In this document: in pieces, positions 18,025 through 27,529 of the stretch | Numbering within the stretch: the stretch's first letter is position 1 | Layout of the letters: each line of letters opens with the position of its first letter | DNA from: an uncultured Oscillospiraceae bacterium | GTDB lineage: Bacteria; Bacillota; Clostridia; Oscillospirales; Oscillospiraceae | Assembly: GCA_900769995.1 (NCBI GenBank) | Contig: CAAGIT010000161.1 | Location: 1 to 41,224 of the forward strand | DNA length: 41,224 nucleotides | Direction: 5' to 3' | The notes under the pieces: generated by a model | The model's database searches: none | Told to the model about the DNA's origin: nothing | Seen by the model: only the letters and a program-made list of their open reading frames with translations | Translations under genes and position numbers: made by a program

Positions 18025-18861
18025 TCAGTACTCATAGAATACCAGGGCGTTATTTCTGCCGCTCCCGGTGAGAATGTAAGTACACAGCTCGCCGTTGCTG
18101 TCGGTAAAGCGGAGTGCATAGGCACTCATATCGCCGGGCAGGGCAATATCTGCAACCAGGGGACGATCCGGCTGCAGCAGCTCAAGATAGAAAACCTCGT
18201 GATATTCCGGTACATCCTGCCCGAAATCGACCGTGCACAGGCGAACATCATACAGTTTTTCGTAAGCGCGGAAAGCAACGGAGAAGCCGTACTCAGAGCT
18301 GTCTGCGCATACATAGTGGTATTTCCCACTGTCCAGCAGATGGGAGTCGGCATAATTGGCGGAGACGGGCAGATCGGCATCGATCCGATACGCAATATCT
18401 GTCAGATCGACCCAGCCGACCCCGGACTTCAGGCAGCCCCAACGGTTGCCCTCACTGTCCCAGCACTCTTCCACGATGGTGTAGACACCGGCAAGTTCAA
18501 CGGTCTGCACAAAACTGTCGTCATAGCTTGGGCCGCTGAAAATGGACTGGTCCGCAAAGGGGATCTCCAACAGATAACAGCCATCGTAAGAGTCAACGTC
18601 AGAGCTGTTTAATACATCGCTGCTGCCTACAGGCTCCGTGGTGTTCTCGGGTTCGGTTTGCTCTGTCACGGGTGCGGCGCTGCTCTCCGGTTCGGTTTGC
18701 TCTGTCGCGGGAGCGGTACTGCTCTCCGGTTCTGTTTGCTCCGTGGTCGGCTTGCTGTTGGGTGAGTCTTTTGTGGAGCTGTTCGTCTTGCTGTTGGTTC
18801 CGCAGGCACACAGGCTGATGCAGAGGGACAGCAATAAGAATAGACATATGACACGCTTCAT
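18025..18861 (-). CDS. Lipoprotein with repeat linker and SH3-like domain
   Basis: Lipobox LCAC, EQTEPE repeats, and GVYTIVEE...WGCLKSGVGWVDL; AGGAGG RBS. Confidence 0.75.
   Translation of the reverse strand: MKRVICLFLLLSLCISLCACGTNSKTNSSTKDSPNSKPTTEQTEPESSTAPATEQTEPESSAAPVTEQTEPENTTEPVGSSDVLNSSDVDSYDGCYLLEIPFADQSIFSGPSYDDSFVQTVELAGVYTIVEECWDSEGNRWGCLKSGVGWVDLTDIAYRIDADLPVSANYADSHLLDSGKYHYVCADSSEYGFSVAFRAYEKLYDVRLCTVDFGQDVPEYHEVFYLELLQPDRPLVADIALPGDMSAYALRFTDSNGELCTYILTGSGRNNALVFYEY
18646..18744 (-). repeat. In-frame 39-bp tandem repeat, about 2.5 copies
   Basis: Units at 18646-18684, 18685-18723 and a partial at 18724-18744, encoding 13-aa EQTEPESS(T/A)AP(A/V)T. Confidence 0.9.
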
Positions 18862-18985
18862 GATGTTTTCCTCCTATGGTTCTTGTCTTGAGTATAGTAC
18901 CTGCCACGGCAATTGTCAAGCAAAGAACCAAGGCAGTCTGCCAAAAAAAGCGTGTCGGAGCGAAGGCTCCGACACGAAGATTCTA

Positions 18986-20935
18986 TTATACCAATCTTGC
19001 TCCGGCGGGGATGCTGTCGTCCAGCATGACAAGATGCAGCTTGTCACCGCGCTCTGCGGACAGGAGCATACCGCAGGATTCCTGACCCATCATTTTACGG
19101 GGCGGCAGGTTGGTCACGGCGACCAGGGTCTTGCCCAAAAGCTGCTCCGGCGCATAGTACTTGGCGATACCGGACAGAATTTGGCGCGGCGTATCCGTGC
19201 CGTCGTTCAGGGTGAATTTCAGGAGCTTCTCGGACTTCTTGACCTTTTCGCAGGTCAGAACCTTGACGACCGTCATCTCCACCTTGCAGAAATCGTCAAA
19301 GCTGACGGGGGGCAGAGGCTCGGGCAGCGGATCTTCTTCCGGCTCAGCCGGTGCGGCGGTCAGAGCTTCGAGGGCTTCCAGCTCCTTTGCGGCATCAATG
19401 CGCGGGAACAGGGCAGGACCGGCAGTGACCGTTGCCTGTGCGGGCAGCTTGCCGTAAACGCACAGGCTGTCCCAATCGGCACAGTCCGCACCGATGCGGC
19501 GCAGAATTTCCGCTGCGGTGTCGGGCATGAACGGGGTCAGCAGACCAGCCGCAATGCGGACGGTTTCGAGCAGATTGTACATGACCTTTGCCAAACGCGG
19601 ACGCTTTGCCTCGTCCTTGGCGAGAATCCACGGGGCATTCTCGTCAATATACTTGTTCGCACGGGAAATGACGGCGAAAATCTCAGCCAGAGCATTCTGG
19701 AATGCGTAATGCTCCATGTGGTTTTCGTATTTTTCGTGCAGCGCGGCAGCCATCGCGGTCAACTCCGCGTCAAGGGCGGCATCCACTTCCTGCTCGGCAG
19801 GCAGTGTTCCGCCGAAATACTTCTGCACCATGGCGACTGTACGGGAAACCAGGTTGCCCAGATCGTTTGCAAGGTCGGTGTTGATGCAGGAGATGAGCAG
19901 CTCATTGGAGAAATTGCCGTCCGAGCCGAACGGGAACGAACGCAGCAGGAAGAAACGCAGGGCATCGGTGCCGTAACGCTCTGCGAGCAGATACGGATCG
20001 ACGACATTGCCCTTGGACTTGGACATCTTGCCGCCGTCAAGCAGCAACCACCCGTGCCCGAACACCTTCTTCGGCAACGGCATCTCCATGCTCATGAGCA
20101 TCGCCGGCCAAATGATCGAATGGAAACGGACAATTTCCTTGCCGACAAAATGGACATCGGCAGGCCAAAAGTCCTTGTAATCGTCATATTTGCCGTTCAT
20201 AAAGCCCAGAGCTGTGGTGTAATTAAACAGGGCATCGACCCAAACATAGACCACATGACCCGGGTCGAAATCCACGGGCACGCCCCAGGTGAAGCTGGTG
20301 CGCGATACGCACAGATCCTCCAAACCGGCATCGATGAAGTTGTTGACCATCTCATTGACACGGCTTCTCGGCTCGAGGAAATCGGTGTTCGTCAGCAGGT
20401 CGCGGACAGGCTGGGCATATTTGGAGAGCTTGAAGAAATAGGCTTCTTCCTCGGCGGGCTGACACTCTCTGCCGCAGTCGGGGCACTTGCCGTCCTTGAG
20501 CTGGCTCTCGGTCCAGAAGGACTCACAGGGCGTGCAGTACATACCGGTATACTTGCCCTTGTAGATGTCGCCCTTGTCGTACATCTTCTTAAAAATCTTC
20601 TGGATCGCTTCCACATGGTAGTCGTCCGTGGTGCGGATAAAGCGGTCGTAGGAGATGTTCATGAGCTTCCAGAGGTCGAGAACACCCTTGTCGCCCGTGA
20701 CGATGTTGTCAACGAACTGCTGCGGCGTGACTCCGGCAGCCTTTGCACGGGTTTCGATCTTCTGACCGTGCTCATCGGTGCCCGTCAGGAACATGACATC
20801 GAAGCCGCGCAGACGCTTATAACGCGCCATCGCATCGGTTGCGACGGTGCAGTAGGTGTGGCCGATGTGGAGCTTGTCCGAGGGGTAATAAATCGGCGTG
20901 GTGATATAAAACTTCTTCTTGCAGGAATCGCACAT
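18986..20935 (-). CDS. metG: Methionyl-tRNA synthetase with C-terminal tRNA-binding domain
   Basis: HIGH, GTDEHG, Zn knuckles (CTPC, CPDC), KMSKS and a C-terminal Trbp111-like domain. Confidence 0.99.
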   Translation of the reverse strand: MCDSCKKKFYITTPIYYPSDKLHIGHTYCTVATDAMARYKRLRGFDVMFLTGTDEHGQKIETRAKAAGVTPQQFVDNIVTGDKGVLDLWKLMNISYDRFIRTTDDYHVEAIQKIFKKMYDKGDIYKGKYTGMYCTPCESFWTESQLKDGKCPDCGRECQPAEEEAYFFKLSKYAQPVRDLLTNTDFLEPRSRVNEMVNNFIDAGLEDLCVSRTSFTWGVPVDFDPGHVVYVWVDALFNYTTALGFMNGKYDDYKDFWPADVHFVGKEIVRFHSIIWPAMLMSMEMPLPKKVFGHGWLLLDGGKMSKSKGNVVDPYLLAERYGTDALRFFLLRSFPFGSDGNFSNELLISCINTDLANDLGNLVSRTVAMVQKYFGGTLPAEQEVDAALDAELTAMAAALHEKYENHMEHYAFQNALAEIFAVISRANKYIDENAPWILAKDEAKRPRLAKVMYNLLETVRIAAGLLTPFMPDTAAEILRRIGADCADWDSLCVYGKLPAQATVTAGPALFPRIDAAKELEALEALTAAPAEPEEDPLPEPLPPVSFDDFCKVEMTVVKVLTCEKVKKSEKLLKFTLNDGTDTPRQILSGIAKYYAPEQLLGKTLVAVTNLPPRKMMGQESCGMLLSAERGDKLHLVMLDDSIPAGARLV

Positions 20936-21063
20936 GGTATATCTGTCCTTTCGGAGGATTTGTCTACCGTATTATACCACAGAAAGAAAAAAATGCAATC
21001 ATTTGCGGAACATTCTTCATAAAATAGGAGCACGTTCGTCGATGAACGTGCTCCCGGCGTGCC

Positions 21064-21942
21064 TTAACTCACAGAAAAGGTCACGGTCTTTCCGTCGCTG
21101 GTGCACTCGATATCGCCCAGCTCATCGGTGCGGTAGACCGTCACATCGGCATCGCGCAGACGGCTCAAGACCTCTTCGTGCGGATGTCCGTAGGAATTGT
21201 CCTTGCCGACGGAGATGACCGCGTATTTCGGCATGACCTCATATAAGAATCGGTAAGAGGTGGAGGTCGAGCTGCCGTGATGTCCAACCTTCAAGACCGT
21301 TGCCGACAGATCCAATCCCGCTTCAAGCATCGTCTGCTCCACCTCAACCTCGGCATCGCCCGTAAACAGGAAGCTCGTCTCGCTATAGCTGATTTTCAGC
21401 ACGATGGACGTATTGTTCGTATCCTCCGCCCACGGGTCACAGGCCAAAAACTCGACCTCTGCTCCGCCCAAATATATCTTATCTCCCACGTCAGGCGTGA
21501 TGATTTCCAAGCTCTGTTCCTCTGCCTTGCGGATAAAATTTCCGAATGCTTTGCTGTCATACTCCGTCACCGGAGAATAGACCGCACCTACCGTACAGGC
21601 TGTCAGCGCGGCCGACAGTCCGCCCACATGATCCTCATGCGCATGGGTGCAGATCACATAGTCCAAATGGCTTACATTCTGTTTTTGCAGAACCGTGTAG
21701 ATCCGGTCGCTGTCGCCGACATTGCCGCCGTCAATGAGCATCGTCTCCCCGTCGCAGAACACCAACGCCGCATCCGCCTGCCCCACATCGATGAACAGTA
21801 CGCGAAATTCCGAATCTTCCGGAATTTCCGGCTTCTGCCACGGTTTTACGACCACAATCTGATATACGCCCCAGATTGCAATGATAACCAGTGCGATCAG
21901 CCAACTGTATTTGGATTTTGATGCCTTCTTGCCCGATGCCAT
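21064..21942 (-). CDS. ComEC/Rec2-like MBL-fold hydrolase, membrane anchored
   Basis: DVGQAD, THAHEDHVGG, LFTGD, KVGHHGS and YGHP motifs; N-terminal TM helix; no competence channel domain. Confidence 0.88.
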   Translation of the reverse strand: MASGKKASKSKYSWLIALVIIAIWGVYQIVVVKPWQKPEIPEDSEFRVLFIDVGQADAALVFCDGETMLIDGGNVGDSDRIYTVLQKQNVSHLDYVICTHAHEDHVGGLSAALTACTVGAVYSPVTEYDSKAFGNFIRKAEEQSLEIITPDVGDKIYLGGAEVEFLACDPWAEDTNNTSIVLKISYSETSFLFTGDAEVEVEQTMLEAGLDLSATVLKVGHHGSSTSTSYRFLYEVMPKYAVISVGKDNSYGHPHEEVLSRLRDADVTVYRTDELGDIECTSDGKTVTFSVS

Positions 21943-22062
21943 CTTGCCACCACTCCTCCAAGCTTTTGCTCTATTTTACCATATACGCGCTGTCTTGTAA
22001 ACGGAATAATGTGTCGCATTGGCGAGAATCGGCATATCTTGTAGCGAGAGGAGGGATTTTCG

Positions 22063-22791
22063 TTGTCGCGTTATGTGCAAAAATTCGGCGGCAGCTCCGT
22101 TGCAGACGCGAAAAAAATCTATGCCGCCGCAAGAAAACTCGCCGCCGATCACCGCGCAGGCCATGAGGTGATCGGCGTTCTGTCTGCACAGGGCAGCACT
22201 ACGGATGCCTTGCTGGCAAAGGCACGGGAGATTGATCCCGACTGCGGCGGCAGAGAGCTGGATGCTTTACTATCTACAGGCGAAACCTGTTCCGTTGCCC
22301 TGTGTGCGATGGCACTTCGGCGGCTGGGTATTCCTGCCGTCAGTCTGACGGGTGCGCAGGCAGGGCTGAAAACCGAGTCCGTCCACGGTGATGCACGGGT
22401 GCTCGGTTTGACCAACGACCGTATTGAACGCGAGCTGGAGCGCGGGAATGTTGTGTTGGTTGCGGGGTTCCAGGGCATCGACGACCGCGGCGATATCACC
22501 ACACTCGGACGCGGCGGTTCGGACACCACGGCAGTCGCGCTGGCAGCCTTTCTGCACGCGGACCGCTGCCGCATCTATACCGATGTAGACGGCGTTTATG
22601 ACAGAGATCCGCGCAAATTCCGCGAAGCGGTAAAATACAACACGATTTCCTACGACGATATGCTGACCCTCTCGCGTGGCGGCGCACGGGTGTTGCACGA
22701 CCGCTGTGTGGAGCTTGCAAAACGCTACCGCGTGGAGATCGAGGTGCTTTCAAGCTTCCGCGACCTGCCCGGTACGATCGTTCGAGGATAG
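22063..22791 (+). CDS. Aspartate kinase, catalytic domain only
   Basis: QKFGGSSV, TTLGRGGSDTTA and YTDVDGVY..DP motifs. TTG start after GAGGAGG. Ends PGTIVRG* with no ACT domains. Confidence 0.88.
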   Translation: MSRYVQKFGGSSVADAKKIYAAARKLAADHRAGHEVIGVLSAQGSTTDALLAKAREIDPDCGGRELDALLSTGETCSVALCAMALRRLGIPAVSLTGAQAGLKTESVHGDARVLGLTNDRIERELERGNVVLVAGFQGIDDRGDITTLGRGGSDTTAVALAAFLHADRCRIYTDVDGVYDRDPRKFREAVKYNTISYDDMLTLSRGGARVLHDRCVELAKRYRVEIEVLSSFRDLPGTIVRG

Positions 22792-22796
22792 GATTA

Positions 22797-22824
22797 GCCC
22801 GAGGCTGCCGGAACAGCCTCGGGC
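22797..22824. terminator. Hairpin between convergent genes
   Basis: GCCCGAGGCTG/CAGCCTCGGGC stem. Confidence 0.7.
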
Positions 22825-22829
22825 GCATT

Positions 22830-23798
22830 TTATTGCACGTGTGTGTGGTTGTCGATGTGGTCGATGCAATAGCAGAAGTAGCCCGAGCAGCGCGAACAAT
22901 AGCGGAACTCCAGATCGGGACAATCCGTGTCCGTCCGACCGCAGACGGTGCATTTGTGGCGGTAGGGTCTTTCACCCGTGCTGCTGCGGTAATTCTGCGC
23001 CCAATTCGGGCTGGGCTGCTGACGAAAATCCGGCTGGCTTTTCCTGCGGTACTCGGCACGGCGTTTCCGCTCCCTATACGTTCCGCGATTGCGCAGAAAG
23101 TCCGGCAGCAGATTTTTGATCCCGCGGCCGAAGAACAGGAAATAGTTCAAAATAGAGATCAGCGGCACGAGAGAGATTAAAACAGTACCGAAAACATAGT
23201 ACGGCGGAAGGAAGGCCCAGATTTCGGAAAAGTCGACCAGATTATGCACCAAATCGTAAAGCACCAGTCCGAGATCGAGCCATGCAAGCCACTTCATCTT
23301 GATCGGCAGGATCATATAGACATAAACCTTCTGCTCCGGGATCAAGGTCGCGACCGCAAGGAACATCGACAGATTCAGCGCATGGCTGTCCAAGCCAAAC
23401 GCCATATCAAACAGCAGCGTCAGCAGCAGACAATAAATATCTGCCAACAGAATCCCGCAAAGATAGTACAGGTTGAACCGCAGGGTACCCCATACATTCT
23501 CCAGCGTATTGCCGATCCAATAATAGAACATAATGCTGATCACCGCACCGAGGATCGGGAGCCCCAGGAAACTTGCCTGCGAAGCAAAGGTGAAAATGTA
23601 CGAAAACAGCCGCCAAACCTGTCCCCGCAGAATCAACGCCGAGTTAAAATAGAGATACGATGCGATCTTGCTGTCGAACAGATATTGCATAAGAAATACA
23701 ACCGCATTGCCCGCGCAGATCCAGAGCATCAGCCGTGGGATGCCCTTGTTGCGATTTCGGTTGACAAATCGGTTGTAGTCGCGTTTCAGATTGCCCAT
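22830..23798 (-). CDS. Rhomboid-superfamily membrane protein (probably inactive) with C-terminal Cys/His zinc finger
   Basis: GQVWRLFSYIF WR motif, several TM helices, and a CxxC...CxxC...CxxH...HxH tail. AGGAGG RBS before ATG 23798. Confidence 0.75.
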   Translation of the reverse strand: MGNLKRDYNRFVNRNRNKGIPRLMLWICAGNAVVFLMQYLFDSKIASYLYFNSALILRGQVWRLFSYIFTFASQASFLGLPILGAVISIMFYYWIGNTLENVWGTLRFNLYYLCGILLADIYCLLLTLLFDMAFGLDSHALNLSMFLAVATLIPEQKVYVYMILPIKMKWLAWLDLGLVLYDLVHNLVDFSEIWAFLPPYYVFGTVLISLVPLISILNYFLFFGRGIKNLLPDFLRNRGTYRERKRRAEYRRKSQPDFRQQPSPNWAQNYRSSTGERPYRHKCTVCGRTDTDCPDLEFRYCSRCSGYFCYCIDHIDNHTHVQ

Positions 23799-23938
23799 GA
23801 AATGCCTCCTAACAGTTTGTACCATTGTAGCGAATTTTTAACAAAAAGTCTATAAACTTTCTTTGAATTTTGTCCGATGGTTGAAAAATATATATCGTTA
23901 TGCTATGATATAGTCAGAAATTATCGGAGGATTCAACC

Positions 23939-25183
23939 ATGAGCCATGTGAGAGATATGTCCCTTGCCGAATACGGCAGAATGAAAATTGCGTGGGTGCG
24001 CGATTTTATGCCCGCATTGGTCGCGATTCGCGAGCGTTTTGAAAAGGAAAAGCCCTTTGCCGGCAAAAAGATCACCATGTCCATCCACATGGAGGCAAAA
24101 ACCGCGTTTTTAGCGCTCTGTTTAGCAGCCGGCGGTGCCGAAGTCCACGCCACGGGCTGCAATCCCCTGTCCACGCAGGATGATGTCGCGGCAGGTCTGG
24201 CCTCCATGGGTGTGGAAACCTATGCCATGCACGGGGTCAGTGCGGAGGAATATCAAGAACTGCTTGTTGAGGCGCTGTCGTGTCATCCCGATTTGATTAT
24301 TGACGATGGCGGTGACCTTTTAGACCTCCTGAGCGGCGATTATGCCCATTTGGGCGATAAGATCATCGGTGGTGCGGAGGAAACGACCACCGGCATCCAC
24401 CGTCTGTACGCCCGCGCTGCCGCAGGCGTGCTGCCGTTCCCGATGATGAACGTCAACGATGCCAAGTGCAAGCATTTTTACGACAACAAGTACGGCACGG
24501 GTCAGTCCGTGTGGGATTCCATCATGCACACGACCAACCTGCTCGTTGCGGGCAAGACCGTCGTTGTCGCGGGCTACGGCTACTGCGGACGCGGTGTTGC
24601 CATGCGCGCCAAGGGCATGGGCGCGGATGTGATCGTCACCGAGATCGACCCCATCAAGGCGCTGGAAGCCTCCATGGACGGCTGCCGCGTTATGACGATG
24701 GACGAGGCCGCACCGCAGGGCGATATTTTCGTCACCACCACCGGCTGCCGCGATGTCATTATCCGCCGCCACTTTGAGGTTATGAAAAACAATGCCTTCC
24801 TCTCCAACGCCGGCCACTTCAATGTCGAGGTCAACGGCGAGGAATTGGAGGCTATGGCGGTACGTGTATTCCGCCGCCGTCAGGATATTGTCGGCTATGA
24901 GCTGCCGGACGGCAGAATCCTGAACCTTCTCGCCGAGGGCAGACTGGTCAATCTCGCCTCCGGCAACGGTCACCCCGCAGAGATCATGGACACCAGCTTC
25001 TCCGTGCAGGCATTGTCGCTGGAGTATATGCTGAAAAACGGTGCCGGCTTGGACAAAAAGGTCTACGAGGTGCCGCAGGAGATCGACGAAGCGATCGCAT
25101 GGCTGAAGCTCGACGGTGCCGGCTTCCGCATCGACCGTCTGACGCCTGAGCAGGAAGCATACTTGTCCGACTGGCGCGTATAG
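23939..25183 (+). CDS. ahcY: Adenosylhomocysteinase
   Basis: CNPLSTQD, EETTTG, DNKYGTGQS, GYGYCGRG and GRLVNL...GHP motifs. Confidence 0.97.
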   Translation: MSHVRDMSLAEYGRMKIAWVRDFMPALVAIRERFEKEKPFAGKKITMSIHMEAKTAFLALCLAAGGAEVHATGCNPLSTQDDVAAGLASMGVETYAMHGVSAEEYQELLVEALSCHPDLIIDDGGDLLDLLSGDYAHLGDKIIGGAEETTTGIHRLYARAAAGVLPFPMMNVNDAKCKHFYDNKYGTGQSVWDSIMHTTNLLVAGKTVVVAGYGYCGRGVAMRAKGMGADVIVTEIDPIKALEASMDGCRVMTMDEAAPQGDIFVTTTGCRDVIIRRHFEVMKNNAFLSNAGHFNVEVNGEELEAMAVRVFRRRQDIVGYELPDGRILNLLAEGRLVNLASGNGHPAEIMDTSFSVQALSLEYMLKNGAGLDKKVYEVPQEIDEAIAWLKLDGAGFRIDRLTPEQEAYLSDWRV

Positions 25184-25187
25184 CAAG

Positions 25188-25222
25188 AAATGAACCATCC
25201 GAAACGGATGGTTCATTTTTTT
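25188..25222. terminator. Bidirectional terminator
   Basis: AAATGAACCATCC/GGATGGTTCATTT stem followed by a T run. Confidence 0.85.
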
Positions 25223-25970
25223 AGCCAAAGATCAGTTCCGACCAAACGCCGACGATCTCGCGGACGAACATATTGGAAAAGAAGAACGGGTTTCTTGTAT
25301 GCGCGGGATAGCCCAACGCATCCACGCGCACGTCATCTGCAATCAGTGTTGCACGCAGAAGATGGTATTCCGAGGAGATGACCGCAATCCGTGTGGGTCG
25401 GATACCGAATTCCGCTTCAATAAGGTCGAGCGAAAAAGCGATGTTTTCCTGTGTGTTGGTCGAACGCTCCTCCATACGCAGGCGTTCGGGGGCAATGCCG
25501 CGGTCGAGCAGCCAGTTGTACATACACTGTGCCTCGGAAATATCCTCATTATTCCCCTGCCCACCCGAAAGAATCAGGATTGCTTCAGGATAGGCGTTCA
25601 GATAGGCCTCGGAAGCCTCCAGGCGTTCCCGCAAGGATTGGCTCGGCCTTGTGCCGTTCACACCCGCACCGAGGACAACCGCAAACTCGGCCTCAGGCAC
25701 TTCTGCGCCGTCCATATGTATGCCGATCCAAATCCCCGTGGCGATTCCAAGGGCAAACACCAAACTCAAACCGCAAATCATGATGCGGCGTGCCCATTTT
25801 GCCACACGCGGAAAACGTGCTTGCAATGCATCGAGCAGTCCAAACGCACAAATCGTCACTGCAATCGCGCAGAGCACAAAGCCTGAAAAGCGATACGCAA
25901 TCGACAGGAGGACAACGACCGCGCCAATGCCGCCGCAGATCAGCGCAGGAAGCCAATAGCGCCGTCTCAT
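25221..25970 (-). CDS. YdcF/DUF218-family membrane protein
   Basis: N-terminal TMs, VVLGAG, SGGQG..E..SEA, EERSTNTQEN and HLLRA motifs. Confidence 0.88.
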   Translation of the reverse strand: MRRRYWLPALICGGIGAVVVLLSIAYRFSGFVLCAIAVTICAFGLLDALQARFPRVAKWARRIMICGLSLVFALGIATGIWIGIHMDGAEVPEAEFAVVLGAGVNGTRPSQSLRERLEASEAYLNAYPEAILILSGGQGNNEDISEAQCMYNWLLDRGIAPERLRMEERSTNTQENIAFSLDLIEAEFGIRPTRIAVISSEYHLLRATLIADDVRVDALGYPAHTRNPFFFSNMFVREIVGVWSELIFG

Positions 25971-27001
25971 GCGAAAATATAGCCCTTCAGGACACGCAGG
26001 GTATTCAGAACGCCGTCCTTGTGGCTGCGCTCATAGCCGTGCGAGGCATAAACGCCCGCACCGATCAGCCCGTGACGGAGGTCATAGCCCGCGCCCAAGG
26101 TTGCTTCGACATCGGAGCCATAGTGCGGATAGATGTCCACCGCATAGTCGGCGTTTTCCTTTTGCGCGGCGGCAATGAGCTTCTTCACGACCTCATACGA
26201 ATACGGGCCGCCCGAATCCTTCGCGCAGATGGAAACCTGCCGTTCCGTACACTCCAGACCGTCGCCCACGCAGCCCATATCCACCGAAATTGCCTCCGTC
26301 ACACCGGCAGGAACCGATGCGCTGCCGCCGTGACCAACCTCCTCATAGACCGTCACATGGACATAGACACGGCGTTCCGGGGTCAGATTTTCGTCGCGCA
26401 GGAATTTTGCAAAGCCCAGCAGGATCCCCACCGACAGCTTGTCATCCAAAAACCGGCTCTTGATATAGCCCGAGGCCGTTACGCGGGTACGCGGCTCAAA
26501 GCAGACAAAATCTCCGACGGAAATGCCCAGCTTTTTTACATCGTCTGCGCTCTGCACACATTCATCCAGGACAACCTCCATCGCATCAAATTTGCGCTTG
26601 GTGTCGCTATAGTCGCCGTTGACGTGAATGGAGGCATTGCAAAGCTGCAGGGTGCCCTCATAGCTGCCGTTAAACTTGGTCACAACGCGGCAGTTTTCCG
26701 CTTCGGCGTTGTTCGCATTCATGCCGCCGACATTTACGATCCGCAGTCTGCCGTTGCCCTTGATCTCGGCCACCATGCCGCCGAGGGTGTCCGCGTGTGC
26801 TTCGAGCAGGAGTGCGTCCTCTGCGTTTTTGCCGCCGAGGTCAACGAGAATGCCGCCCTTGTTCGTGCGTTTGGCGGCAAAGCCGAGTGCCGAAAACTCC
26901 CGCAAAACATATTCCTCTGCCGCGGCGGTATAACCGGTCGGGCTGTCGATCGCCAATAATTCCACGGTCTTTTCCACCGCGAAGTTTACATAATTTTCCA
27001 T
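25967..27001 (-). CDS. M42-family metallo-aminopeptidase
   Basis: Metal-ligand motifs AHADTLG, SRFLDDK, YEEVG, VDMG and ASHGYER. Confidence 0.92.
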   Translation of the reverse strand: MENYVNFAVEKTVELLAIDSPTGYTAAAEEYVLREFSALGFAAKRTNKGGILVDLGGKNAEDALLLEAHADTLGGMVAEIKGNGRLRIVNVGGMNANNAEAENCRVVTKFNGSYEGTLQLCNASIHVNGDYSDTKRKFDAMEVVLDECVQSADDVKKLGISVGDFVCFEPRTRVTASGYIKSRFLDDKLSVGILLGFAKFLRDENLTPERRVYVHVTVYEEVGHGGSASVPAGVTEAISVDMGCVGDGLECTERQVSICAKDSGGPYSYEVVKKLIAAAQKENADYAVDIYPHYGSDVEATLGAGYDLRHGLIGAGVYASHGYERSHKDGVLNTLRVLKGYIFA

Positions 27002-27033
27002 AATGTTCCTCCTGTCTTTCTTATTGCGGCAGT

Positions 27034-27447
27034 TTACGGAACTCTGCCTTTGTTATTCACTTCATTTGCGATCGCATCTGAATATGAATCAAGTTTTACT
27101 CCGTTGTCCAAAGTTGAATTCTTGCGAAATTGTATTCTAAATACAGTGGACTTTGAAAAAACGCCACAACTTATTTTAATGCCGTTGATTTTACAAAGCA
27201 GAATAGCCTCATCAATCAACATATCTTTATAATCACTGCTGTTTTCAGTGAATTCTTCTGCGCTGTTATAAGAAAAACCTCTTTTTTCATCATATATATC
27301 GCCAAATTCCTGTATAACAATTCCTTCTATCAGTATGCCGTTTTTTGACAATATGGACATTGTAGCATTGATATCAATTACACCATCATCATGAAAATCA
27401 TAGCTGTTTAATTGATACTCTCCCTTGTCATAAATCATTTTTTGCAT
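27034..27447 (-). CDS. AT-rich orphan hypothetical protein (137 aa)
   Basis: Intact ORF with a GGAGG RBS. Visibly more AT-rich than its neighbours; no family recognised. Confidence 0.7.
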   Translation of the reverse strand: MQKMIYDKGEYQLNSYDFHDDGVIDINATMSILSKNGILIEGIVIQEFGDIYDEKRGFSYNSAEEFTENSSDYKDMLIDEAILLCKINGIKISCGVFSKSTVFRIQFRKNSTLDNGVKLDSYSDAIANEVNNKGRVP

Positions 27448-27529
27448 AGTATCTTGATTTCCTCCCGAGTTTATAGTGATAGGATAGGGTTGTCGCGGGG
27501 GCGCTGCAGGTGTCGGCTCCTATGGACAA

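Noticed and set aside
20936..21000. T-box or S-box upstream of metG
   Set aside because: The promoter (TTGCAT-16-TATAAT) is about 35 nt from the start and there is no T-box motif.
18638..21022. 794-aa plus-strand ORF
   Set aside because: Antisense shadow of metG; no recognisable motifs; expected from strong codon bias in GC-rich genes.
21064..21942. Calling this gene comEC
   Set aside because: Only the MBL domain is present; the multi-TM competence channel domain is absent.
23830..23938. SAM or SAH riboswitch upstream of ahcY
   Set aside because: A TGnTATGAT -10 box lies about 30 nt from the ATG, leaving no room, and no aptamer motifs are visible.
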